DNA of 63,992 nucleotides, counting the filler, from Catajapyx aquilonaris (Eukaryota), in assembly GCA_000934665.2 (NCBI GenBank). It is 4 parts of 4 records of this genome, joined end to end, with 100 filler letters (N's around TTAATTAATTAA, not from the genome) between each part and the next. Parts side by side here need not be neighbours in the genome. Positions count along the whole stretch, not along the records: positions 32,301 to 48,375 come from JYFJ02007312.1; positions 48,476 to 63,992 come from JYFJ02007475.1; 2 more parts are not named here. The stretch is one strand, 5' to 3'. The position numbers and the translations under genes are program-made. Of this stretch, positions 44,928 to 57,221 are shown piece by piece (the first letter of the stretch is position 1; each line of letters opens with the position of its first letter). The notes below the pieces were generated by a model that was not told the DNA's origin, did not search any database, and worked only from the letters and a program-made list of their open reading frames with translations.

Positions 44928-47100
44928 ACAACAACACGACATTTCCCTATGAGGGGTAGTCAGCGATGAAGGGAGACGCAAGTTAACCCAACAACATATG
45001 AACTAATAAAACTCATGAGAATAAACCTAAAAACAACCCGTCCCACCCCCCCCCCACCCCTGACCACCTCAGAAACAGACACTCAATATTAAATTTAATA
45101 ACGCAATATAATGTCGTATACTGTATATTAAAAAGTTCAGGCGAAAGTATCCTGACGCTATGCAGCAACCAGTGCATCTCCAGTGTTTCTTGCAGATTTT
45201 CAATGCTATATAACTCTGAAGAAGGCCTACAAAGTCGCGTGTCATTCAGCATCTTCTGTGCATCGCAGTCTGTCGGTGTAAATACGAGTATTATGTAAGC
45301 TTATATTATGTGCTACTATTTGGTACGGCCTTTCTGCTCGTAAAATAATATAATTATGTCTGCCTGTGATTCAAAATATCCTTACAATGGCGAGTGTTTT
45401 TTTGCACCCCCACTATTTATTCAGGATGGATTGGGGAATTCAATTACCGGTATTGACTATATTTACTGTCCCTTCGCACTGAGGTAGATTGTAACTAGTG
45501 ATAGGACTACAGCTATACTCACGAAGTCACGAAGAATTTGGATGATAAGGATATGGTTTATTATTTTATTTCATTTTATCTTTAGGCCTATTTGCTTTTG
45601 TCTATTTGAGTTTGCTATTTCGTTACTGTATATAGAGGCCCTATTTTGACTGAACAACCTGAACTATCACTCTATCAGAGTTTCGCCCATAATCAGAACG
45701 TGGACTTCGTGACACGCTCCTAAATGTGGTTGCAACTTGTGATGTTACTGGTAACTTTTACATGCAAAAACTCCATGAAGAGAAAAGCGACTTGGACGGA
45801 ACGGAAGTCATTTCTCATTGAAAGCAGGGGTCAGCTTTTCGCGAACCTACAAGACTTGCGTCGTATTTGGCGATAAAAATAGCGCTGAACTTATGGGAGT
45901 TCATCATCCTCGCATTTCACAACGTTTCAAGCCAGCAATATTTTATCTGTATTTAAATTCCCATCTACCAAATAATTCTAAAGAGCCGCCGATGCCGCGA
46001 TTTAAAGGAATTAAATATCGCGCAAAATCCGAGTTACATCAGACGATCAAATTGAGCTGGAGTGTATTTCGGATGGGCGAGGGCGGTTCCTAATTTAAAC
46101 CCGGGATATTTTTACACCTTCCCAAAGTGAGAATATCCGTCGTCCCAAGTTTGTTATGGTTCACCTGGAAGATTCGTCGTGTTAAAGAGTCAAGGAAAAT
46201 TGCTGATTACCCGAGTCCAAAGGTACACTGTGCTCGAAGATGGCTGAGGCTCGTTTTCTAGGACTATTTTGTAAAAGAGCTGATTAGGATATTTCCCAAG
46301 CTGAGTCAGTCTTGCTGATTGATGCAACTGAAAGAGAGGAAAAACACAATCCATCTTAATGGATTCTACAAAGTATTCTACAAATCACGCGAAGGTTGGA
46401 AGAACAGGAAGACGGACTGGAAAAAGATCGAAAGAAAATCCTCCTTTGCATGCCAAGAAAAATCAAACTATCGATGGGAGCAGTTGTGTCACATCTTTCT
46501 TACTTTCATGGAATGTGGTAAATGTGGTCTGAGTTCGTTCACGAGATGGGCGTAGTCTGTGACTTCTTCCATTTTGTAGCTGATGTTGTTCATGCTGACA
46601 GCATTGGTGGAAGTTGAGATACCTGCATATCAAAATCAAACAAGTCTCAGTAATGCACGATGTATTGTTTTGGTTTTTATTGAGTAGTTTGCTGTTGAAC
46701 ATGTGAAATGTCACTTATTTCACTTATATTTGACCAGCGCGGTTTCGTATATGCACGTGTACGCGTATTTTAGATGAAAAAATAGACGACAATTTTTCAG
46801 ACGATATATAGCAAATATTTCAAAGCAAAATAATATTGGAAGTTTATATGGATTTGTACAAGTATATACCCCTATACAGTACAGCGTATTTTAAGAATTT
46901 CTTTCTCGTTATAAAGCCGGTCGTTTATTTTCGTGCCATAATGTTGTAAGCAAAACTATAGGCTACACTATACATAACACTCACTGCATTATCAACAGCT
47001 TTAAAAAATGTATATTACCTCTGATTTGTGTCAGTATTGCTCCTTTCCCTTCGTACATAAGTGCAAAGAAGCGGTGCAAAATCCTCGAACTTCCATTCAT
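42554..47100 (-). CDS. Glycine N-acyltransferase-like / FR47-like GNAT acyltransferase, 323 aa, 5 exons
   Basis: Exons 47100-47019, 46622-46504 (..LVNELRPHLPHSMK), 46327-46211, 43640-43396 (..VVDWSQRIIFSGI), 42962-42554 (..LVSWAV..GGIGMFETLPSHQGLGYG..SKMGF); all GT-AG, phases 1,0,0,2 join into one 972-nt ORF; GNAT motif A (Q/R-x-x-G-x-G). Confidence 0.88.
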
Positions 47101-48375
47101 TCTGGACAACCTTGCACCTACACGGCGTGTATGCAGTGAACACGAGCGAAGTCTGAGAAGTGCCAGATAAACAGTTATAATCTGGGGCAGCTTTGGAAAT
47201 ATGAAGGAATCGTCCCTTTGGAATGCTCTGGTTAAGGTGCTGCTGCTGCTGCTGTTGATTAAAGCTTATATGCAGAGGTAAACAGGCTGTTGCGTAATCC
47301 GTGAGGAGCGACCATCATGAATAATATGATGGTCCGTCGGTAGATGAGGTGTACGCGCGTGCATAGTAAGTGGAGTCATTTGCAATGGTGAGACAGATTG
47401 GAAATTTTGGCTGAGGCCATGACATTGTCAAGGAAATCACGCTCTTCCGACTAGACTTACGTCACAACCTCACGGTATATCAAAATAAAATGTCGCAGTA
47501 TAAAATTTAACTATTTGCCAACACCGCAATTGAAACGTATGGTAGCAGTGTCATGGGTATAATTTAAGTATAACATGTTCAAGATTATGGAAATGGAATA
47601 ATTCAATCATTTGATAGCTTTGACATTCACGTTAGTATTTGTATTTGTTAGTAATTGTCATCCAAAGCCGAGGTATATTCATCCACGGTTATGAATTTTA
47701 TTTATACAGAAGTGCGGTGAAATACAGAACGATCACATGCAGTAGTCACAAGATTTGGTCCAAATAGAGTTAAGCACTTAAGCACTGTTCAATTATTGGT
47801 TCTCAAAGAGTACTTTCTGACGATCAATTAATATCTGAAATGTAAGATTAAGAAGTTATAGCCCGTCAGAGAGTTCTCATAAAAAAGTTCATGACATAAT
47901 GCAATCCTAAAACTTTAAATCCTCAGATCTCGATTTGAAACAAAGTGTGACTCAGATCATTTCAGATCATTTCATATTTTATGAAATACTGCCATCAGTC
48001 TAGATACTCCAGAAAATATTACGTAATCAATCAATTATTAATTATACACTGCAGCACATTATTTTATAAAGCTAGGAAGACAAGGTAAGAAGACTGCATG
48101 TTTTGAACATTATATAACCTTCTTCAGAGTAATACAAAGTAGTTGAAATCTATTACTGTAACACAGCTCAATAATACGGCATATAACCGACATATCGGTA
48201 ATTAAACACAGGAACGTACGTCATCAATCCGGACTTTTAGGCAAATGCCTATTGAGTTCCTTTGCAGTTGGGATGGTTTGAGGAGCTTGCCAGCAAAACC
48301 AGTTCAATCCACTCCGGGTCGAAAATAATCTGGACACGCTGGAGGCATGTTCCAGGCAATGCCTTTCTATTGACA

Positions 48376-48475
48376 NNNNNNNNNNNNNNNNNNNNNNNNN
48401 NNNNNNNNNNNNNNNNNNNTTAATTAATTAANNNNNNNNNNNNNNNNNNNNNNNNNNNNNNNNNNNNNNNNNNNN
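48376..48475. other. Artificial contig spacer
   Basis: 44 N + TTAATTAATTAA + 44 N. Confidence 0.98.
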
Positions 48476-51302
48476 GGGGGTCTTCACCCCCCAGCCCCCC
48501 CACAAAACACGGCACTGCTCAGATGTTTTGAAAGGATGAGGCGAAATCTTTAAACCACGGTCAACTGAAACGGGAGGTCATTTACCTTCTACAACACAAT
48601 ATTAATTACAATTACTCTCAGGCTTTATCCAGGCCCCGCTAAGTGTTGTTGCTCCTGATGCGCCTAATTGTTCGAATTTCTTAATTGCCCGATTTTTCAC
48701 AGGGGGCACTAGCAAGATTGCCCATAATTTATTATGTCCCTCCCTTGCGTGTCTTAAACGATAAGATGGGCTCTCGGGGGCGTTTCGTGATGACCCCAAG
48801 GGTCACTGCAAATCATGTTGCCTTACACCAAAACAACATGCACGTTTTTGCAATATTCTTTTTCCTCTTATCACTATCCGCGATGGTATGGGAAATATAA
48901 TTTTTGCATTATCAGTCCATGTATAGCCGCTAAGGGGCGCAATTTAAGTTATCTGGTGTAATTTCCAAAGGCTGCGTATACGCTTTTAATATTTATGCCA
49001 GGAAGAGGTGTAAATTGTTTATAATGACCGCTGGAACATCAACGTATATTCTGGTTACACCAGCCCCCCGTTTCTTTGCCCGTATGTTTATTACAGGGAA
49101 AATGTGATAAAAGCGTCATGGTTGTCATGGCATGTCAAGCTGGCAACATAATACTGTACGTGTTGGAAAATTATCGATGAATGTTCACACACCGCTCTAA
49201 AACCACGGAGCGTTGGACGTTGGACACGGAAACTGTTCATTCTTGTATCATACATTACTGATGACCCCTATACTTAATGAATTAGAGTTCTATGTTTGGG
49301 ACACACTGCTAGAAGCCTCAGGAGGTTATTCCGCAACCGAATTATACGTCGCATTAGAATGCGTAATACTGTATGTAAGAGTCCCGTATGTACTCGCAAG
49401 TACGGCACGATAAGTATAGCCATGTAATTACGGACAGTGTAGACTGTAAAGAGTAACCACCACATGCAATGAGTAATTTTTGTAAACGAGTGTGTCTGCA
49501 ATGTATAGGCCCGTACTGAACTGGTTTTATTGCGGTTTGTGTGCAGGAAGAGCAAGAGGGGAAAAATACGTCCGGGGGAGGTCAAATGGCCGTCAGTTTA
49601 CAGCCTTCTGGCCAAAGTACCATCAAGATGCAAGTCGAGCCCGGATTTTGTTCTTAAAACCTGGTCCGCAGTACAGTAGTTTCTCCTTGGGACCCCAGTC
49701 TAGACTTGGGGGCTCCAAAAGGGCCGGCTGCGAACCCAGAATGCAAAAGAAGAAGCTTCTCTCATCTGGCTCAGAAGGGCCAACTTGGGCGAGTTTTGCG
49801 AGCTTTTTCGACTGCTGCCCTCTCTCGGTTGGCTCGCTTCTTCCTCGATGGACTTGATAAATGGACTGCCATCCACCCACCAACCGCCATTTCCCCAGGG
49901 GATCATTCATTCATTCGCGGTTGAAAAGGGCAATAGGAATTTAGGTGGGTGGGTTTGGGAGGGAATGGTAACTTTCCTTTTGGCCATTGCAAAATGGCAA
50001 TTAGTGAATGTATAACTGAGGGCGTTGCATCCGGAGCGTGTGTGTGTATTTCACAAGTATATGGAGACATTTTGAGCATAATCGCGAAAAATAGCTGTGG
50101 CTGTTCAAATTGCGTGACAGGTGGGTCATACTGGGCGGAATTGATGTCTGTGCCTGTACCGACGCTTACCAAGTTCGATATTTATACTGACAGGAGAAAC
50201 TGCGATGGTGATTATTTCCAGTAGGCTGCCTGTTTACTGGTGGCAGTGTCAGCCAGAATTAAATGCGATTTTGGAGCCATAAAAGTTGCTTTTTAGTGTG
50301 AGGCGTGTTGTTTGTATTTGACACAATGTGAATTACTTCAGAAATGAGTTTCATCACCTTATGTGCTGTACCCCCACAATAAATTAATTCAAATTGTCTT
50401 CCAGTTATTCCTTCTAGTGTTTGAGTTAAACGCTGAAGCATACTCTGAGTATAAACCTGGCTTGAAGCAAGTGAATCAACCCCAGCATTTGGAGATATGC
50501 TATGAAACATGCAGGGATTTTAAAAGCACTCTTCCACTTGGAGATAGCTGGATTTTATTATTTCTGGGAGCAGAGCTTTAGGGATTGGACGAGGCCGCCT
50601 CTCAGTGCAAAACGGCTAGACGTATGGACTTAATCATGAGTCCCGCAGTGAACTCGCAAAGTGCACTTTTGTTAGTGATGTTAATTCCTTCACTCTTGAA
50701 ACACTCCTCATGAATAAAACCTGCATTATTCTGTATACTAAAACGAGCCGCATTGGTCAAGACCCTTAAAAGCGCAGTTAATTCCGCTTCTCTTCACCCA
50801 AAAAACATTCTGAACCAAGTCGAATAAGAAGAAACTCCCCCCAACAAACCTGCCAAGCATAATTTTAACAGTCCGTTTTAATAACAAACACTGCTTCGTA
50901 ATTAAAATCCGCGCAGTAAGCCAGCAAGGTTAAAGCATTGATGACATTGCATGATCGTTCAATTTGGAAGCGAAATGAGAAAAGTTTTCCCAATGATTTT
51001 GCACAGTATGCACACCATCTCTCCGAAACAGATATAACAAGCTCATTTTGGTGCATCACTTATCCTGAAAAAGAAAGAAAAAAAATCTGAAGAACTCCCC
51101 AAAAGTTCAGATTAGCTATTTTAATCCGGTCACGTTACGTTACGTTAAAAAGTAAGGATACTATTTTAAATGCAACTGGTTGAGCATATTGAACCACGAT
51201 TTTTATGAAAATCATAATTCGGCATTATGCTCTACCGGCCTAGAAAAATTAATTAAAAGACAATAAAATTAATCCGTGCAATGCCTCTAATAGGTCCTCA
51301 CT

Positions 51303-51373
<71 letters not shown>
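51303..51373. repeat. (TAC)n microsatellite
   Basis: Perfect trinucleotide run. Confidence 0.95.
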
Positions 51374-54300
51374 TGAAAGCCAGTAATTATGGCATCGCGC
51401 TAGGATGAACCTTTTTTTCTCTCCCGCAGAGCAGCATATTGCCTCCTCGACCTCTGACCAGCTAAACCCTGCAATAGGTAGAGCTGATATAACCATTATA
51501 TTGCGGAAGTGTCCCCTAGGCCAGCCCCATCTCAGGACAGCTTTATTAGACGGAAAAGGATCCCGAGTATATCCGGTTCGATTTGCACACTTAGTGGAGT
51601 TTGGCACCATCCAGGAGACAACCCCAGTCGCATCATGGCACAACAAAATGAGACGGAGAAAGAATAGGGGTGGTCCAGACCCCCAGCTTAGCACGTAATT
51701 CCTTGCGTCAAAGTGCGATGGATGGCAACTCTGGAAAGTCATTTTCCGCCTGTTGTCGAATAGCGGCAATTAAGTGGAGTTCTTAGGAGGTTTTAGTGCC
51801 GTCGCAGACTGTAAGTGACTCCAGGCTTTATTTAGAGACTTCCTTGCCCCAGCTCCCTTTAAAGGCAAACTATGGTGGGTGGTAGGGGGGTTGAAGTCCG
51901 ACGTACATTATTAATGAACATTATCAGGGCGAGAAGGCGTCGGAGGGGTGGAGGGTGGAGGGTAGGAAGGGAGCTTAAATGAGAGCTTCATTTTATTTAG
52001 AAGGCCCCGACTGAGGCTGCACAGGTAATGCGGCGTGACGTGTGACGAGTGGGATCTGCAGATCCGATTAGTCGGCGGTTGCGGCTGCGCTAATGGCATT
52101 CTGAACCCTCCCCTCTTTCCAGCATCCCTAGGATCTTGTATGCGAGATGTGGCCCCAACTTCAAGAAAAAAAGTCTCCAGGCGTCATCGCTTCTAGATTA
52201 AAACCAGCTGCTGTAATTCACTTACAAGCTGACTTGTGGCATGTCTTCAGTACAATGTTGGTACAAAAGGGTGAGGCAATATCCACATTTGTGTGCGTGG
52301 GAGAGTATATGGGAGGGAATGGCTAAATAAATCAGGGGCGTGCCTTTACTAGTCCCTAAGGGCATGGTCCCAGCATCGACTAGAATCCGTCTCTTTCTTA
52401 GGCATGCAACCGCTTCTCCCCTTCCGCCCCCAAATCCCAACCTTCTCTCCCCTTACTCTTCTTTTCCAAATCCTGGGTAAACGGAAAGTTGTGTCTCCCA
52501 TCGGCCCCGGGGCCACCCACCCACTTTCTCTTGAATTTCTCCACTCCCCCACCCCTCAACCTCTCTTCACCCCCAGCCTCCCTTCTTCTTTTTTCCACAG
52601 AGAAGTCAAACTAAGCTTTCCCTAGGGGATTCCCTTTTTCCCTTCACTTCAACAAGGCTCTTTTTTTTTACTTCCATTGCCTCTTGTGCATGGGATCAAA
52701 AAATGTTGGGGGCGATATCTATCTCTTATTTGCTTGCTAGATACAGGGTGGCACATTTGTTTGTTCAGATCCAACCGTAGATATTATCCAGCCAATTTTT
52801 CATCAATAGTATTCTCGGATGGTCTAGCACGTGTAAAAATAGGATTGGCCCGTTCTTATCCTTTGCTCATAAGGAGAAGGGAAGTGAGGAGGAGGAAAAA
52901 AAACGCGGTTTTATTCTCCTTCTCCTCCTTCTCGAGACATAAGAGATATCCTTTGGGCTTATTCCGACTCATGTAAGGCCAACAGACTGGAGGATAAGTC
53001 CGCATGTTTCATGGCGACGCAAAAATCCGGCCCTAAAACGGCTCGGCCTACATCCACGTTCCCTAATCCACATATCTGGCAAGCTGTCAACCAGCTTAGA
53101 GTCTTGCTTACGCCTCTGACTGTATGTCTATGGTACCAAAAAAAAAAAAATCGCGAATTCGATCCATCGAGTGTGACCTTTGTGGAAGCCACACATTTAA
53201 CACTGGGCAGTGTTGGGCTGCCTGGATGTCAGGATGAAAAGGCCCGTTTCCGTTTAGAAGGTTTGCAAAAAAAAACAAAAAAAAAACAGAGAGGTCGGAA
53301 ACCCCCCCTTTTTGCCTTAGTGTATTTTCCTCCCTACTGACAGCACACTGGTGGCCTCTCTTGGCTTTTCCACTGCTAGCCCCTGCCTCCGAGGGAAAGG
53401 GCGCAATTTCCGCTTCATCTGCGTCTTTTCCTCTGTCAATGTTTTCCCGGGACCCACCCATTTTGACAGCTGTTTGCTAAGTGTCCGGTTGCCCCCATTC
53501 CAAACCCCACCGTGATGTTGTCGACCCCACCCAAGCACCCCCCTTTCACAACCCACACCCACGCTAGGAGTGTGCTGCTATATGCGGTGTTGGATCTCAG
53601 ATATGGTCCTAGTTTTATAATGGGGTTTTTGCCCGGTGATAAGGCTTTTTAAAGGCGAAATAATGCAATTTTTAGGCAGGCATATATCAAATATTTATTA
53701 ATGCCACGACTATATGCTCTACATGCACGTTCACAAATGACTGTTATTTTCAGTGTCGTTTACACTAAATGTAGTGTAATGACGAGACCGTGGCTGACAT
53801 TGGTGGAGCGGTATGCGTTAATAACAAATTAAAATTAATTTGCTGTTATTAACGCTTGCTCTCACTCGTATAGGAATTTAATGCGACGCGTGGCCTCCTC
53901 GTTACAGTACATTTATTGTAAATTGTACGCTGCAAATAAATTGTACACTGAAAATAACATGTGAATAGTGGACCCCCCAAAGTGTACTGGCAAACAAAAT
54001 GCTTTTACTCGTACATTTGTGCGTTCGAATGCAAATAAAAAGGCCCGCAGCACTTTTATCGGTGAAACGAAATCTGTATTTTCATGCCAACTTTTTCAGA
54101 TAGCGATCGAAACTAAATGATCCACATTCAATGTGGCGAATTTTCTGTATTAATTGCTCGCGTAATATTTTATATTGCCAGAATTATATGAAAATGTGCT
54201 GCAGGTTGCTGCTTTTAATGCGTTAGTGATGAACATTCATGATACAAAATATATAGTCGGCCAAGGGCGATTTCTGGGATTTTTAAGTAGAGTTGCCAAA

Positions 54301-57177
54301 AGCAATAACCCCCCTGGCATCTGTACATGTCTTCATGGTCAACACAGGGAACGACGCGACGTGGTGGTAGGGTCGGGTCAGTGCTGTGACAACAAGTACA
54401 TAATGCAGCTGCATAATCCTCAGGTTCTGTATCCCCGGTTACATTTTACAACGTGCAGTCGAAGCCATAAGTTATCCAGCAGCTGACTATCGAGTTGTAG
54501 TCTCCATTAAATCGGGGGGCTATCGCTTCCATAAGCCCGTTTTCTTGCTGTGCGCAGGGGGATAGGAAATGGACATTGCCTACTCCCCCCCAGCCATGGC
54601 AACCGGAACTATTACTTATTCCCCCGAGTTTTGGACGACAATTCAAAGCAAACCCTCCAACGCTCATTCTGGCAACTTCTCCTCAGATACCGTCGCCCAG
54701 CAACACAAGGAACATATATAGCCCTCGCCCCTTTTATCTCTCAACTCGTCTTTCATATTCAGTGAATAAAACGACTTCATAACCCATCATTGTTATAGCT
54801 GCGCCCAATCCAGTGCGCGGGGGTCACAACACTAACCCCTAGCCATAATTTCCTTTTGCTTCTTCCTTTTTTTTCCTCTGTTTTTTTTATTTTTATGCTG
54901 CAAAAGGAGGGGGTTGGTATTACAAGCCGCCTGCAGTCTGACATTCACTACCATCTATATTGTCTCTCGCTTTTAAAGGGGGGGAGGCAGCAACTAAAGC
55001 AAGATTCCAAATGGACAGTTTACGTCTGGGTAACGACTCTGCTCGGGGAATGACAACTTAGCGACTTTCAATTGTCAACAACAGGCCCGCGGTTATAAAT
55101 CCTCCGAAGCACACAAGGTGCCCTATAAAATGCAGTTTTTTTTGGGTGGGGAGAGGAGGGGGGTGGAGGAAATTTTATAACGCGGTACTAGATCACGGTT
55201 TATGAAAAAGGATGGTGGGGTTTGGGTGGGTGCCTCGCCTTTTTCCTTAGGCTTTTTAACCTTCCGTGCCCTATTTTTTTGGGATCTCACCCTTCTACCC
55301 CCCTCTTATAAAAAAAATGGGAGGGGTGGATTCGCATCCATCTCTTCCACGTCAAGCCCCTACTTCTCCATTCCTCAATCTCTTCTCCGCACATCTTGCA
55401 GCCAAACAATAGGGAACCCGGCAAGGCCACAATAAAGGGAACAACCGTCAAGATGTTATCGGTGGAAGGGAAAAGGCGGATCGTTCATTTCTACTGCACC
55501 GCAAGTCCGACGTCTTACGAGCAGACATTTGGGGGAAGAGCAATTGGGCTGAGCAATAAGTGGGGGATGGGGAGGATTTCAAATGGCCCCACTTGGAGAC
55601 CACTTTTTAAATGTGGCCAGCGACCCTAACAATATTCGGATTTGTGTAGCTGCTCTCTAATTGAGATCTAATGTGTCATTACACAAAGTTCACCCAGACA
55701 ATTCTGTGGATGACTCATAAGGTGGATCTACCAAGTATAAGTTCAAAGATATTCTGCCCAAGAGGAAAGGGCAGTGAAACAGTGACATTTTGGATCAAAT
55801 ATAGGAAGATGTCCCAACATATTAGGGTGTCAAACTTCACAGGTTTCGCAGTAACAAGAACACCAAAAGAGCAGTAAAGGCGATAATGGAGGCCTGAAAA
55901 TGCCATCATGTTGTGTACCGATTATAAAATCGTATCATGAAGGAATTAACATACTGCATATGGTTTTACCACATTTTAGCAATTTATGCGGTCCGTATTA
56001 ATTTGACGATATTTATGATTGGCGTGATTCCATACCCGCAACCCGTCAACAAAATGTGTCCATGATAACAGTGAAGCTAATTCGATATTTGAAGATATTA
56101 ATTATTCGGGGGGTACTGTTCGGTTGGGTGACTCTCGCTTCATCATTCAGGTGAAAGCTACACTGTACACAGATATCGTTATGAATAATTTCAGTCTTCC
56201 AATGGACTGTGCACCACTCTTTTCATTTGTTAATTACGTGCAGGTAACACCCGTCAAAAAAAGGAGAGAACCTCTTGGGTATATCGCATGCAGTGGAATT
56301 GGTCGCCGTGCGAATGTGGTGCGCGACGTCGTGATTGGAGGCGAAGGCAACCTCTCTTTTCCATTAGGTCCAAGTGGCCTCTGTCGAGCCCACTTCATTC
56401 GTCAGCAAGCAGCAGGCCTAATTCGATCTCGGTGTAGCGCCGGGGCAGATTGTCTCTTGTCCGGTTTTCTCCCCTAGTTCCACCACCCAATTCCAACCCA
56501 ACCACCCCTCCCAGAATATGCAATTTCCGGACTCTCCTAACGCTTGCACCCAAACTATCCCTGCGATTACAGGACTCTAGAATACATATATATTTTCCCT
56601 CCCAAAAAATGTATATTCTCTCCCAGCTCAGGGGCAGCACCTTGAAGAGGGGGACCATGTGGTGGAGAGGAACGTTTTGGAGAGCTTTTTGTGGCTTTTG
56701 ACAGGTTCTCGTAGCCAAGGACTGATGACGGCCTTCTCATATTAATGAGTTTTCTGAACTAGAAGCGGCTTGCCACCCTCGCCAGCAAGGTGGAAGGCCC
56801 CGCTGGGAAAAAGCCGCGGCGTGCCAGTCGGGGAAAAACCACTTGGAGGCATTAGCCTGCATTAGGACCTGCACTAAGGGAAAGCCGGACTCATGTTGCT
56901 CCAGAAGAGAGGTGAAAATGCACCTTCTGGAGTATGAAAGGATTTTCCAAATGTGTTTGGTAGCATTTGTATGAGGAAAAATGTGGGTCTTTTGATCCTA
57001 TATCGGCAGAAAGGTAACCTAACCTTATGTTACTTTACCTTACCTTTACCATACCATACCCTAATCCTTACATATAGTGTTGTATCCTCCAAAACATTGT
57101 TTTTTTGCATAAATTTGTGGAATTCGTGGTAGAAATTCATATCAGAAGACAATATTAACCTCACCTCACCTAATATG

Positions 57178-57221
57178 ACCTAACCTAACCTAACCTAACC
57201 TAACCTAACCTAACCTAACCT
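57178..57221. repeat. (TAACC)n / (TTAGG)n pentamer run
   Basis: ~8 perfect units with degenerate flanks (57016-57260). Confidence 0.9.
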
